A stretch of DNA of 64,000 nucleotides, taken from a virus. Positions within the stretch are counted from its first letter, which is position 1. Every line of letters starts with the position of its first letter. Position numbers and translations under genes: made by a program. Positions 1 through 8,807 of the stretch are shown piece by piece. The stretch lies in the IMG/VR virus record IMGVR_UViG_3300044967_000005; one strand, written 5' to 3'. The notes below the pieces were generated by a model. The model was not told the origin of the DNA, did no database searches, and worked only from the letters and a program-made list of their open reading frames with translations.

Positions 1-85
1 GGGTGACATTCTATCTTTTCCCCCACCTGATTTATGGTCAATCCATGCTGTTTGCGCGTTGTTCTTAGATATGTTCCAAACGTAT

Positions 86-463
86 TCATACCCATAACCA
101 CCTCGTCGCTATCATCAATGCAATATTTATCGCAATCGCAAGAGAGGATAGCAAGAATATGTGTCTGCGCCCTTGCTTATGATTGAATGGTGTTAATCCT
201 GCAAGTTCAAATAGTTCATACCTTGTTGCGTTTTTCTGTTCATCTTCTATGGAATTTTTACAATAACGGTAGCAATTATACGCGTTAAACCATATGGCAT
301 ACAGGCAGTACGCATATAAAAAGCCGTTATCGTTCCACGATATAGTGGAGAATAAGCCTGTTATCGTATATGTAGCCGAAAAGAGTAAGTACACGCCCGT
401 AATTAGCATGAACACAATCATTCGGTTTTTATAATTAGTATGGTATTTACTCTCTTGGTTCAT
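86..463 (-). CDS. Hypothetical membrane protein (copy at 60470-60847)
   Basis: 125 aa with about three hydrophobic segments; overlaps neighbours in operon fashion. Confidence 0.7.
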   Translation of the reverse strand: MNQESKYHTNYKNRMIVFMLITGVYLLFSATYTITGLFSTISWNDNGFLYAYCLYAIWFNAYNCYRYCKNSIEDEQKNATRYELFELAGLTPFNHKQGRRHIFLLSSLAIAINIALMIATRWLWV

Positions 464-698
464 TTTGTTCCCTCTTAATCATGCGGTTAATCGCAAAGGC
501 AGTAACCACGCGTTCAATGGTGTATAGAGGTCTAGCAATTGCGTTTATCTCTTTGCTTTTATTGCCATCTTTCATACATTCCATCATAACCTCGTCTAAG
601 AGCGCAAAAGCTTCCCCAATTTTAAGTTCCTGTTCACTCGTCCACTTCAACGGCAAGAATTTTCTAAGCAACTCGGCACGTTCTGTACGTTCAGTCAT
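447..698 (-). CDS. Hypothetical protein
   Basis: 83-aa ORF on the main coding strand. Confidence 0.65.
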   Translation of the reverse strand: MTERTERAELLRKFLPLKWTSEQELKIGEAFALLDEVMMECMKDGNKSKEINAIARPLYTIERVVTAFAINRMIKREQNEPRE

Positions 699-802
699 GA
701 TTTATGTCTCTTAAATCGTAAAATTTCCCCAAAGTATTTGGATCGCGCATGTGATTTCCCCCACCACTAATTTTTTTACATTATACCACCGAAAAGGGAA
801 TA

Positions 803-1144
803 TTAGTATGCTTTTCCGCCATGTTTATATTCCCTGTTTTTATTTTTCTCCATCTTGTCACGAATCGCTTGATCCAGGTCAATGCCAATCTCCCCACATA
901 ACGTGAATACGCGAATACAGATGTCTGCTAACTCTTCAATGAACCCCTCTGTATCTCCTTTTCGGTCAGCTTCCAGCGCTTCACTCACTTCACTGTGAAT
1001 TAATGCGAGAACGGTTCCTGTTTCTCTAGGAGAATCGTAAAAGCCCTTTGATTTCGTGATTTCATACGCTTCTTTACAGTATTTATTGATACTTGACGAT
1101 TGTTTTCGTATATCGTAAATGATTTCATCTGTTGTTTTAGCCAT
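803..1144 (-). CDS. MazG-like nucleotide pyrophosphohydrolase
   Basis: LALIHSEVSEALEADRK and EELADICIR: EXXE...EXXD all-alpha NTP-PPase motifs; C-terminal KMEKNKNREYKHG. Confidence 0.85.
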   Translation of the reverse strand: MAKTTDEIIYDIRKQSSSINKYCKEAYEITKSKGFYDSPRETGTVLALIHSEVSEALEADRKGDTEGFIEELADICIRVFTLCGEIGIDLDQAIRDKMEKNKNREYKHGGKAY

Positions 1145-1328
1145 TTTTCTTCCACTCCTCCTCTATCTTTGCTCTTTCCTTATTCGCGTATTTTTGAATC
1201 TCACGTAAAATCTTTTCCCGTGTCTTGGGACCAATGCCCTCAATCTTCAAGAACATATCTTCCATGAGTTCCCACGTTTCTACCGCCCCTTGCACTTGCG
1301 CTCTCATTAACTTTTTCTGCATCCCCAT
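1137..1328 (-). CDS. Small helix-hairpin-helix protein
   Basis: FLKIEGIGPKTREKI HhH-like motif. Confidence 0.6.
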   Translation of the reverse strand: MGMQKKLMRAQVQGAVETWELMEDMFLKIEGIGPKTREKILREIQKYANKERAKIEEEWKKNG

Positions 1329-1346
1329 TGTCTTTTCTCCTTCTGT

Positions 1347-1553
1347 CTACTTCTGCGAGGGTTCAATGTCCACCACAAGAATATCCTCTTCATACATAAT
1401 GCCTGTACGGATTTCGCTATAGGTCACATGAAGAAATTCTGCAACCCCTAACCCGGTATCGTTCTTTTGAATGACGCCCACTAACCCTTTTGCATATCCT
1501 CTGTTTAAAATCGCGTATTTACCAAGGTAATCATTTGTTAATTTCGTTTTCAT
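1347..1553 (-). CDS. Hypothetical protein (cassette array)
   Basis: ORF with AAGGAG RBS. Confidence 0.7.
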   Translation of the reverse strand: MKTKLTNDYLGKYAILNRGYAKGLVGVIQKNDTGLGVAEFLHVTYSEIRTGIMYEEDILVVDIEPSQK

Positions 1554-1590
1554 TGATTACGCTCCTTAACCTTTTGAACGTACTACGACA

Positions 1591-1776
1591 TTAAATATTG
1601 TGTTTTTCGCAAGTGTCAATTTCCCAATAATCGTATGGTCTGTAGTCATAATTACCAGTCACCCATCTCTCTAAAACAGTGTGACAGTCTATATTGTTTG
1701 GTCTGTTTACATCATCTTTAACGGTTACAACAATAGGGTCATTTCCTTCAATCTGAACAAAAAATGTTCTTTCCAC
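1591..1776 (-). CDS. Hypothetical protein (cassette array)
   Basis: GTG start with GAAGGAG RBS. Confidence 0.7.
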   Translation of the reverse strand: MERTFFVQIEGNDPIVVTVKDDVNRPNNIDCHTVLERWVTGNYDYRPYDYWEIDTCEKHNI

Positions 1777-1878
1777 AAAATCACTCCTTCGCTATATGAA
1801 CTACTATGCGTTAGTTTTTTCTTAATCCGTTTGACATAGGTGTCCTATCGTTTATTCTTACTCACGGAGGTGAAAGTC

Positions 1879-2019
1879 ATGGAAACCAAAGAAATCGCAA
1901 GGGAAATAACGGATAAGCTTAAAAGTTTGAAACCCAATGAAGTTGTCACACTAAGTCCCGAATCAGGGAAGTTCCTACTTGAAACAATACGTCAAATGAA
2001 GGAAAACAAGGAGATTTAA
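1879..2019 (+). CDS. 46-aa moron-like gene METKEIAREITDKLKSLKPNEVVTLSPESGKFLLETIRQMKENKEI (not in ORF track)
   Basis: TTGACA(1831)-16-TATTCT promoter, GGAGGTG RBS, and hairpin AAGGAGAT/ATCTCCTT plus T-run at the stop. Confidence 0.75.
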   Translation: METKEIAREITDKLKSLKPNEVVTLSPESGKFLLETIRQMKENKEI

Positions 2020-2070
2020 TCTCCTTTTCTTCGCTATATATGTTCCACTACGTATGAACGAACTGTTTGG

Positions 2071-2283
2071 TTAATCCATCCACATGAATGGGTCAGAATC
2101 ATCACGATAATAAGTTTGTGTAACCGTTTCTTTACAATGGTCACAATGAAAATTTGTTATTGCTCTGTCCTTCATGTCTATGTGCATACCATAGTTCCAC
2201 AAATGTTGACCGCCCTCGGATTTACTGCATTTTTTAGTTGGCTTTGGTTCTGTTACCGTTGTTCCTTTTAAACTTTCGTCCAT
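2071..2283 (-). CDS. Small Cys/His-containing hypothetical protein
   Basis: C...HLW...CDHC pattern; GAAGGAG RBS. Confidence 0.7.
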   Translation of the reverse strand: MDESLKGTTVTEPKPTKKCSKSEGGQHLWNYGMHIDMKDRAITNFHCDHCKETVTQTYYRDDSDPFMWMD

Positions 2284-2330
2284 TTCGTCACTCCTTCGCT
2301 ATATGTGTCATCTGTTCGTTGGACTGTGCG

Positions 2331-2552
2331 TTACTCTTCAACAAAATTAACAGTGACGCCATCTGTTTTAATGACATCATAACAACCTATTTCAGCTTCC
2401 ATTTGATACTCTACAATATTTTCAATTGGTGCTATCACTTTGTAATCATTTGTTGATTTTCTATCCTGGCTTGCTATGAAAGATAAACCCTTATTAAATA
2501 ATTGGTATCCATGAAAGCCAGTATATAATGTGATTGTTTTCATCTGTTTCAC
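2331..2552 (-). CDS. Hypothetical protein (cassette array)
   Basis: ORF with GAGGGAG RBS; true start may be the ATG at 2543. Confidence 0.7.
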   Translation of the reverse strand: MKQMKTITLYTGFHGYQLFNKGLSFIASQDRKSTNDYKVIAPIENIVEYQMEAEIGCYDVIKTDGVTVNFVEE

Positions 2553-2588
2553 TCCCTCACCTTTTGTGTCACATGAACATATTGTGCA

Positions 2589-2819
2589 TTAAGAGTTAGT
2601 TGTTCTATCTACATTGAATCGCATAAAATCAACAACCTCAACACTTTCACCTTTACTCAATCCGCCCTTTGCACCATTCTTACCTTTTGTGTAAACAACG
2701 GAATAACCAATGTCGTCTTTTATTCCTAGCAACTTCAAAACCTGCTCATAAGAAATTGTTTTACTATCATTGAATAGCATATTACTTCCGTTTACCGTAA
2801 CTAAGATTGTGCTTTCCAT
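2589..2819 (-). CDS. Single ubiquitin-like (multi-ubiquitin family beta-grasp) protein
   Basis: Pattern VTVNG...ISYEQVLKL...YSVVYTKG...GGLSKGESVEV..M.FNV..T.NS resembles bacterial Multi_ubiq domains; AAGGAGG RBS. Confidence 0.65.
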   Translation of the reverse strand: MESTILVTVNGSNMLFNDSKTISYEQVLKLLGIKDDIGYSVVYTKGKNGAKGGLSKGESVEVVDFMRFNVDRTTNS

Positions 2820-2853
2820 TTAAAATTCCTCCTTCGCTATTTATGTCAACGGT

Positions 2854-4194
2854 TTATAACACGCGTTTCATTGTTTTCTTCATCCGGTCTATCGCTTTAT
2901 GTTTATGTCGTAAAATAAATGGCTTCTCTTCTTCAATCGGTTTTGATTTCAACGGTCGGCTCATTAACCCATAGCGAAAGCTGTCTACCGCGTGATCTTC
3001 CGTTCCGTCAGACATATCTTCCGTTTTTCTATCGTCATAAATCATCAAAGGAATGGTTCTTACCAGGTTTTTACACGTTTCAAATATCTGAACATGAGGT
3101 ATACTATCTGAAGCGTCCGCAAGGTATTCTCTAACTCGGTTCCACCCCACCAACCGGGAAATGTCTGCTTTTTCTACATAGACGCCGTTATTCGAGAACG
3201 TTTCTGCAATGGATTCCCCTTCATTAAAGTCCGTTCCGCGCTTCTGCCACATGTCGTGTCCAGCTACGGTGTACTTTATTTCTTCCCCAAGAGATAAATC
3301 TTTCACCATCTTGGACACTTCTGTGCCAAGCGTTTGATTGATATATAACTCTCGATATACATAGGTCCTTCCATCTTCATCACTCGCATACCACAGTACG
3401 CACGTATGGTCTTTAAACCCCCAGTCAATGCTTCTCCACTTTCTCCAATGGTCAGGAATCGTAAACGGCGCAATCACATGTTTCTCTTTTCTGAACTCGC
3501 TGAAAAATTGTCCGGCAAAAATTTCCCAGTCGCCATCTAAGAACGCTTTCCGTAAATCGTCGGGAAGGTTTTTTAATTTGTCTACATATCCTGGATCGGC
3601 TTCCATTAACGCGAGGTTATCGTATATCTTCGCCGGGATGAACACATAATCCTCTGCCTTTTCACTATTTTGGTAAATGCGGTCGATAAACAAACGCTTA
3701 AACCACTGGTGTCCACATCCGCCCGGATTTGATGTATAGTACACGCGTGGCGTGAAATCTCGGCGTGTGGTTCGGTTAGATGTGACGATGAAATCTTTAA
3801 TAAACTCGGTGAACTGTGTCGCTTCTTCAAAGCCAATCACATCGTATTCTTGCCCCTGGTATTGATACACGTCCTTTTCATGGTCGCAATACCCAAGCTG
3901 GATAAAGCTGCCGTTTGGGAAGAAGAAGGTTTTCTCTGAATCTTTATAATTGGCGAACCCATCTAATTCCGCGAGTAGTGGTCGTATGTGGTTGTTTCGT
4001 AGTTCCGGCATGGTACGGCGTAATAACAGAATTTTCAATTTTGGGTATCTTAGGGCTAATAACACAAATTTTCGGCGCATCGCCCAGGATTTTCCTCCGC
4101 CCCTTGATCCACCATAGGCTATGTGTCTAGCAGTAGAAAGAAAGAACTCCTCTTGTTTTGGTTGTGGTCGTCCTTCTAGTTTCAACGTCGGCAT
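2854..4194 (-). CDS. terL: Terminase large subunit
   Basis: Walker A YGGSRGGGKS, Walker B FEEATQF, TSNPGG, nuclease SIDWG and DHAVDSFRY. Confidence 0.95.
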   Translation of the reverse strand: MPTLKLEGRPQPKQEEFFLSTARHIAYGGSRGGGKSWAMRRKFVLLALRYPKLKILLLRRTMPELRNNHIRPLLAELDGFANYKDSEKTFFFPNGSFIQLGYCDHEKDVYQYQGQEYDVIGFEEATQFTEFIKDFIVTSNRTTRRDFTPRVYYTSNPGGCGHQWFKRLFIDRIYQNSEKAEDYVFIPAKIYDNLALMEADPGYVDKLKNLPDDLRKAFLDGDWEIFAGQFFSEFRKEKHVIAPFTIPDHWRKWRSIDWGFKDHTCVLWYASDEDGRTYVYRELYINQTLGTEVSKMVKDLSLGEEIKYTVAGHDMWQKRGTDFNEGESIAETFSNNGVYVEKADISRLVGWNRVREYLADASDSIPHVQIFETCKNLVRTIPLMIYDDRKTEDMSDGTEDHAVDSFRYGLMSRPLKSKPIEEEKPFILRHKHKAIDRMKKTMKRVL

Positions 4195-4439
4195 AGACAG
4201 ACCTCCATTCTAAGTTTGATTTCTCATTCCTCGAATGAAGGTACTTGTGTTATACTAAATTTGCGACTGTGACTTGAATACCTTTGGAAAACGTGTTTGC
4301 TCCCCCATGGGCGAACACGTTTTTTTGTGATAGTATTAAGTGGCTTGCCCGTAAAAACAAGACAAACAGATATAGGGAAAGAGTGAGGGCTAGGGGTAGT
4401 TTCCTTGCTCTTTTTCTATGAATAAAGGAGTGCTGCAAA

Positions 4440-4655
4440 ATGGCATACACATGGACCGAACTTAAAAAAGAATCTGCGTCGACGTTTCAAAAATGGATTG
4501 TTGAACTTGAAATCAAATTGAAATACACAAAGAAAACAGTTAAACGTAACGAGATTATAAAAGAAATCATGTTTTGGGAAGCAGAACTTGATGAAACTGA
4601 AGAAAAAGTTAAAAAGTTCTTTGAGCGTTATCCTCTTTGGACACCAAAAGGGTAA
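4440..4655 (+). CDS. Hypothetical coiled-coil protein (opposite-strand moron)
   Basis: AAAGGAG RBS; flanked by two related long hairpins. Confidence 0.7.
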   Translation: MAYTWTELKKESASTFQKWIVELEIKLKYTKKTVKRNEIIKEIMFWEAELDETEEKVKKFFERYPLWTPKG

Positions 4656-4782
4656 TATTTTGTGGTATTATGAATTTGGCTTATCAACCCATCGTCGGAA
4701 AACGATGAAGATTAATATTGTTTTGTCTATAGAACGGGAGTGAGATTGTGGGACCAATCTTGCTCTTTTTCTATGTTCTTTT

Positions 4783-5019
4783 TTAAGAGTTGTTAGTTAA
4801 GTCTTGTTTTATCCATTCATTAATTATCTCAATACGCTTTACAAAATCCTCGCGCTCGATTTTGTAACCGCAAAAGTCGCAAGTTTGGATAAGGGGTATG
4901 TCTTTAAATTCCCCCGTTCGGATAAAGTCCGTTACATCCAAATTCACACTGTAACTATGAAATTCAAATTCCTTATTTTCGCATTGGATAAATGGGTAAG
5001 TCTTGATGTATTTCGTCAT
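4783..5019 (-). CDS. Hypothetical protein (probable start MTKYIK)
   Basis: 3' part of track ORF 4783-5118, coupled to the end of the HTH gene; CDFC motif. Confidence 0.55.
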   Translation of the reverse strand: MTKYIKTYPFIQCENKEFEFHSYSVNLDVTDFIRTGEFKDIPLIQTCDFCGYKIEREDFVKRIEIINEWIKQDLTNNS

Positions 5020-5020
5020 G

Positions 5021-5251
5021 TTATCGCATCCTCGGCAACAAGTCGCTAATGTCGCAATTAAGCGCGTCTGCCACTTTAACAAGGTGTTTAATCGTAATGC
5101 TTTGATTTCCTCTTTCAATATTGCTAACGCTTGCCCTGGATATACCCACCGTGTCGCTTAATGCTTGTTGCGATATGCGTAATGATTTTCTTTTGTCTCT
5201 TATCTTTTTTGAGACAATTAGCATGAATACGTCTACATCTGTTCCGGTCAT
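5021..5251 (-). CDS. XRE-family HTH regulator
   Basis: IRDKRKSLRISQQALSDTVGISRASVSNIERG; GGAGG RBS. Confidence 0.9.
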   Translation of the reverse strand: MTGTDVDVFMLIVSKKIRDKRKSLRISQQALSDTVGISRASVSNIERGNQSITIKHLVKVADALNCDISDLLPRMR

Positions 5252-5521
5252 GTTTACCTCCCAATAATTGTAAATGATGTGGTGAGACTGGAAATTATAA
5301 ATTTTAAAATTTTTTCTAGGTCAATAGTCAGTGGCCAATGTCAATAAATGGATGTTAAGTGTAGTTTCGGTTTTTCCTGTGAAAATGTAACGTATGGTTT
5401 TAATCCACACAATTTTACTTCCATTTATTGGTAATGGGTTTGAATTTGTGGAATTTCAAAATTTTGTGTGAGGGATTATATAGAGTGAAACGAAAAGTGA
5501 AACGCGACTGCCCCCCCTCCT

Positions 5522-6046
5522 TTAACTGTTTTCCTCCCTCCTTCTAGCGTACTCTTTCCTAATCCATTGCGATAGGTGTTCATCTAATTGGTCATTAAAA
5601 GCCCAGTATAAAAAATCCCCTATAGTCTTACCATTAAAGAAGTATAGAGGGTTCATGATGTACTCGGTCTGTGTTCCACCCATGATAGGGGCGTCAACCT
5701 TCGCTATCATCCTTAATGCTTCCATCCTTTTAAAGAAACGATAGGCTTGTCGCTCTTGTATGCCTACTACTTCACCGATCCGTGCAAGGTTCATCGGCTT
5801 ATTGCCGTTCTTTGTCCTATATCCTAGTGTGTTGGTGTTCAATAGTAGATGCTCTGCCAACAGATAACAGTTCGCCAGGTCGCCTTTAGACATTCCTTTA
5901 GGAAGTGGAGCGTTCTTCCTTCTGCTAATCGTATTACCATGAGCATACAAGGCATAACCTTCTTCATGAAAGCGACCTCGATACTCCGTTATGCTGTTCG
6001 ATACCACTTCACCATCACTATTAATGTGCAAGACCTTCTTAATCAC
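5522..6046 (-). CDS. RepL-like winged-HTH DNA-binding protein
   Basis: HTH segment LARIGEVVGIQERQAYRFFKRM followed by YIMNPLYFFNG, typical of Firmicute RepL-like proteins. Confidence 0.6.
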   Translation of the reverse strand: MIKKVLHINSDGEVVSNSITEYRGRFHEEGYALYAHGNTISRRKNAPLPKGMSKGDLANCYLLAEHLLLNTNTLGYRTKNGNKPMNLARIGEVVGIQERQAYRFFKRMEALRMIAKVDAPIMGGTQTEYIMNPLYFFNGKTIGDFLYWAFNDQLDEHLSQWIRKEYARRREENS

Positions 6047-6344
6047 AAAAAAACCCCCTTTTTTGCCCTTTCATTTTGGCTATGAACTTTGAACACGATA
6101 AAAGCCTTTAACGGCGCAAACGGCACTTTATAGCCAAAACTGTGAAGTTGTGACCATTTTTAAATGACCTTTCAGGTGTCAGTTTTTGAACCCTCAAAAT
6201 TACCACATTGGAGACATGACCGATTTTCTACAACAACATGCTGCTAAACGCTTTCTAGGACGTTTTAAGTGAATAAGGGTGAGTTGTTCTTCAGTATAAT
6301 CACTTAAGAAGTCATTTCCTGTAGCACTTTGTTAAGTTCAAAGG

Positions 6345-6872
6345 TCAATTACTCCACTTTTCCATTTCACCCATATCAATCTTAATCGTTCCTGAATGTT
6401 CATTCTGTATTTCAACCTTATCTCGCCACTCTGACGGATTTCTGTTCTTCAACCAAAATATTTGCGCAGTTACGTCCGGCGCTTGCGACTTCAATACTCT
6501 TTTCACCACCACAAGGTTTCCATCTTCATCAGGTTCATACACATCTTCCTCGTATTGATAGCCTGTAGCTCGCTGGAGCAAACTGTTTTCAACCTCTAGG
6601 TCTTTTACCTTCCGACCTCTTTTTATGGCTTCAGCTAATTCAGGAAAGGTATTCTGCCATTCACACAACGTTCCATGTGCTATTCCCATATTATGGGATA
6701 TTTGCTTCCCTATAAGACCATTCTCTGCCCAGGTAGTGACCTTCGCTAAACCTTCAGGAGTTAGCCATTCATCAGACTTGGATGGACGTCCTATTTTATT
6801 CTTCGGCTTCGCAGGGATCAAACTCGTTTCGATTTCTCTTTTCATTTCATTCACCCTCTCTTTTAATGACAT
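6345..6872 (-). CDS. terS: Terminase small subunit
   Basis: GRPSK, HTH, FPELAEAIKRG, VENSLLQRATGY, PDVTAQIFWLKNRNPSEWRDK. Confidence 0.85.
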   Translation of the reverse strand: MSLKERVNEMKREIETSLIPAKPKNKIGRPSKSDEWLTPEGLAKVTTWAENGLIGKQISHNMGIAHGTLCEWQNTFPELAEAIKRGRKVKDLEVENSLLQRATGYQYEEDVYEPDEDGNLVVVKRVLKSQAPDVTAQIFWLKNRNPSEWRDKVEIQNEHSGTIKIDMGEMEKWSN

Positions 6873-7044
6873 ACCATCGGCCGTTGATATGAATACTGCC
6901 TTTATTGTCTCCTAGAGACGCGATACGCTTCTTATAAGAGTTTGCCCCCACTACAAGAAATACAAAGCCTGTACACGCTCCTATGAGCAATGAGTAAATG
7001 GTTTGAATGAGTAGTTCGGATAACATGAACATGCTGCGTGTCAC
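6847..7044 (-). CDS. Small membrane protein
   Basis: One hydrophobic helix; AAGGAG RBS; overlaps terS start. Confidence 0.55.
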   Translation of the reverse strand: MTRSMFMLSELLIQTIYSLLIGACTGFVFLVVGANSYKKRIASLGDNKGSIHINGRWYVIKREGE

Positions 7045-7151
7045 TCCTTTTTAACTCAAATTATACGTGATTGAAAAAAGTGACGCGCAGCGAGCAACAT
7101 TTTCTGACGATCTTGGGAATCTGCATAAAAAAAGACCTCCCAATTGGGAAG

Positions 7152-7361
7152 TCAGTAGATGTCTCTATAGTCGCTCCTACCTTTTACGTTTGAGTTGTAC
7201 AATACTTTGAGGATGTATTCCGCGTTCTCCTTTGGATTCCTTGCTTTCAAGTCTTTGTACATGAACTTCAAGTAGGAATCTTTTGAAACAAGTTTCTTCA
7301 TGCGTTTAGCATCGAACGCCATGTTCATTTCCCCCCTTGTCTTTAAAGTCACGTAGCACAT
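7152..7361 (-). CDS. Hypothetical protein (true start probably near 7328)
   Basis: AAGGGGG RBS before MNMAFD; followed by a terminator. Confidence 0.6.
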   Translation of the reverse strand: MCYVTLKTRGEMNMAFDAKRMKKLVSKDSYLKFMYKDLKARNPKENAEYILKVLYNSNVKGRSDYRDIY

Positions 7362-7605
7362 TGAGTGTGACCAATGGATTCTGTTTAATCAACTCACAAA
7401 ACATACGGAACACTTGATAACAAAGTTGTTCAACATCTTCGCCAGCACCGAAGCTAAAGTCCATTGAATAGTCGCCTGTGTTCCAGTCAATGAACTCGAA
7501 CCCATACCCGTCTACATCATCAGCATAGTAAAGGGCGACAATGTTCTGTTCGCCCACTTGAATGTCAATCTGTTCCTTTACCTTTGCCATGCTTATTTCC
7601 CCCAA
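7306..7605 (-). CDS. Hypothetical acidic protein
   Basis: Tightly packed ORF in accessory operon. Confidence 0.65.
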   Translation of the reverse strand: MGEISMAKVKEQIDIQVGEQNIVALYYADDVDGYGFEFIDWNTGDYSMDFSFGAGEDVEQLCYQVFRMFCELIKQNPLVTLNVLRDFKDKGGNEHGVRC

Positions 7606-7805
7606 TCATTGATAAACTCTTTTGCTTCTTCAATGCTACACGTATCATGTTCAGCGTATCTGAACCCTTTGCCCATTTCCCATTCTTCTTTCGTGTACAG
7701 ATTATAGCGCCCTTGGCCATCTTCTTGAATCGTGAACCCCTTATACTTCTTAATTGCTAACTTCATCCGACTCTCCACTCCTGAAACGCTTGCTCGGTTC
7801 CACAA
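7593..7805 (-). CDS. Hypothetical protein
   Basis: Overlapping-operon ORF; likely start MKLAIKKY at 7766. Confidence 0.6.
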   Translation of the reverse strand: MWNRASVSGVESRMKLAIKKYKGFTIQEDGQGRYNLYTKEEWEMGKGFRYAEHDTCSIEEAKEFINDWGK

Positions 7806-8122
7806 TCGTTACAAAGAATCGTTTCGTTATCAATACGACAAATGGAGTTACGTGTTGCTACTCCACCGTCTGCTAACTTCTCGAAGCATCGAGGACATTC
7901 ATCAGGTTCGCCAATTGCCCACTGGATAAGCAAGTCACCTTTAACACCTTTCACCTTACAACCGAATGTGCGGTCGTTTAACCACTCTGTTGAACATTTG
8001 AATAGTTCAAGCTGATACTCCTCTTCAAGTTGTTCAATGAAGCTTGTAAGTCCGATGTGTTCCACCATGCCGATAGTTGCGAAGTAATCCTTTTCAATAA
8101 TCATGCGTGTGTTCCTCCTCAT
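7763..8122 (-). CDS. Hypothetical zinc-finger protein
   Basis: CPRC...SICRIDNETILCNDCG; GAGGAGG RBS suggests start at MIIEK. Confidence 0.7.
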   Translation of the reverse strand: MRRNTRMIIEKDYFATIGMVEHIGLTSFIEQLEEEYQLELFKCSTEWLNDRTFGCKVKGVKGDLLIQWAIGEPDECPRCFEKLADGGVATRNSICRIDNETILCNDCGTEQAFQEWRVG

Positions 8123-8147
8123 ATTTGGCTTCTAACATCAGTATATC

Positions 8148-8162
8148 AGAACAACCTGTTCT
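8148..8162. promoter_or_regulatory. Operator AGAACA-N3-TGTTCT copy 1
   Basis: AGAACAACCTGTTCT in the spacer of a minus-strand promoter. Confidence 0.75.
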
Positions 8163-8211
8163 ATATACCTTCAATTTAAAATAAACAAAAAGACCTCCCG
8201 AGAAGGGAAGC

Positions 8212-8391
8212 CTAAATTTGTTCAATTTGTTGTAGATAATGTTCCAAAACGCTTTCCACTTGAGCATATGCACTAGCCTTTATCTGACCTTCTTTAGTGT
8301 TTTTGCAAAGAACCTTAAATCCCCATGCCGTTTGAATAGCAAATTCCAGTGTATCTTTATCGAGATTTTTCACATCTATAGAAGGTTTCAT
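8212..8391 (-). CDS. Hypothetical protein (MKPSIDVK...)
   Basis: 3' part of track ORF 8212-8463; start overlaps the stop of 8388-8807. Confidence 0.55.
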   Translation of the reverse strand: MKPSIDVKNLDKDTLEFAIQTAWGFKVLCKNTKEGQIKASAYAQVESVLEHYLQQIEQI

Positions 8392-8807
8392 ATTGTTTCG
8401 ATCTGCTCCACTCCGAAGCTTGAATAGGTGATAGACATGGTGTAAGCGAATCGCTTGTTGCATCCTTCGCAGTCAATCTCGTTCTCAAATTGTAGGTCGG
8501 ACTTTTCTGAATGATTCTCATGGCCACAATAAGGGCAAGTGATTTCGCTGGAGTTCTTCACTTCGTTGTCATCTGCTACTTCAAGCCCCATTGCTTTGTA
8601 TTGCGCTTTTACTTCCTCTGAATCCTCTTCCCATGATGTCCAGTACCAATTCGATTGTTCTAACTCCTCTTCGGTCATGTTCTTCATTTCTATAGAAGAA
8701 CCTGGGAATACTTTATCAAGGCATGTGTCTGAACAAAATGTGTCTCCTAACTCTTCAAGCAAGTACCCTTCTGACATTGACTTCCCACACGTTACGCATG
8801 TTCTCAT
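8388..8807 (-). CDS. Double zinc-finger protein
   Basis: CVTC...CSDTC and CPYC...CEGC. Confidence 0.75.
   Translation of the reverse strand: MRTCVTCGKSMSEGYLLEELGDTFCSDTCLDKVFPGSSIEMKNMTEEELEQSNWYWTSWEEDSEEVKAQYKAMGLEVADDNEVKNSSEITCPYCGHENHSEKSDLQFENEIDCEGCNKRFAYTMSITYSSFGVEQIETI

Noticed and set aside
1545..2860. CRISPR array or classical integron attC array
   Set aside because: Repeats are short and degenerate, separated by whole genes; no long attC-type palindromes and no IntI or cas genes.
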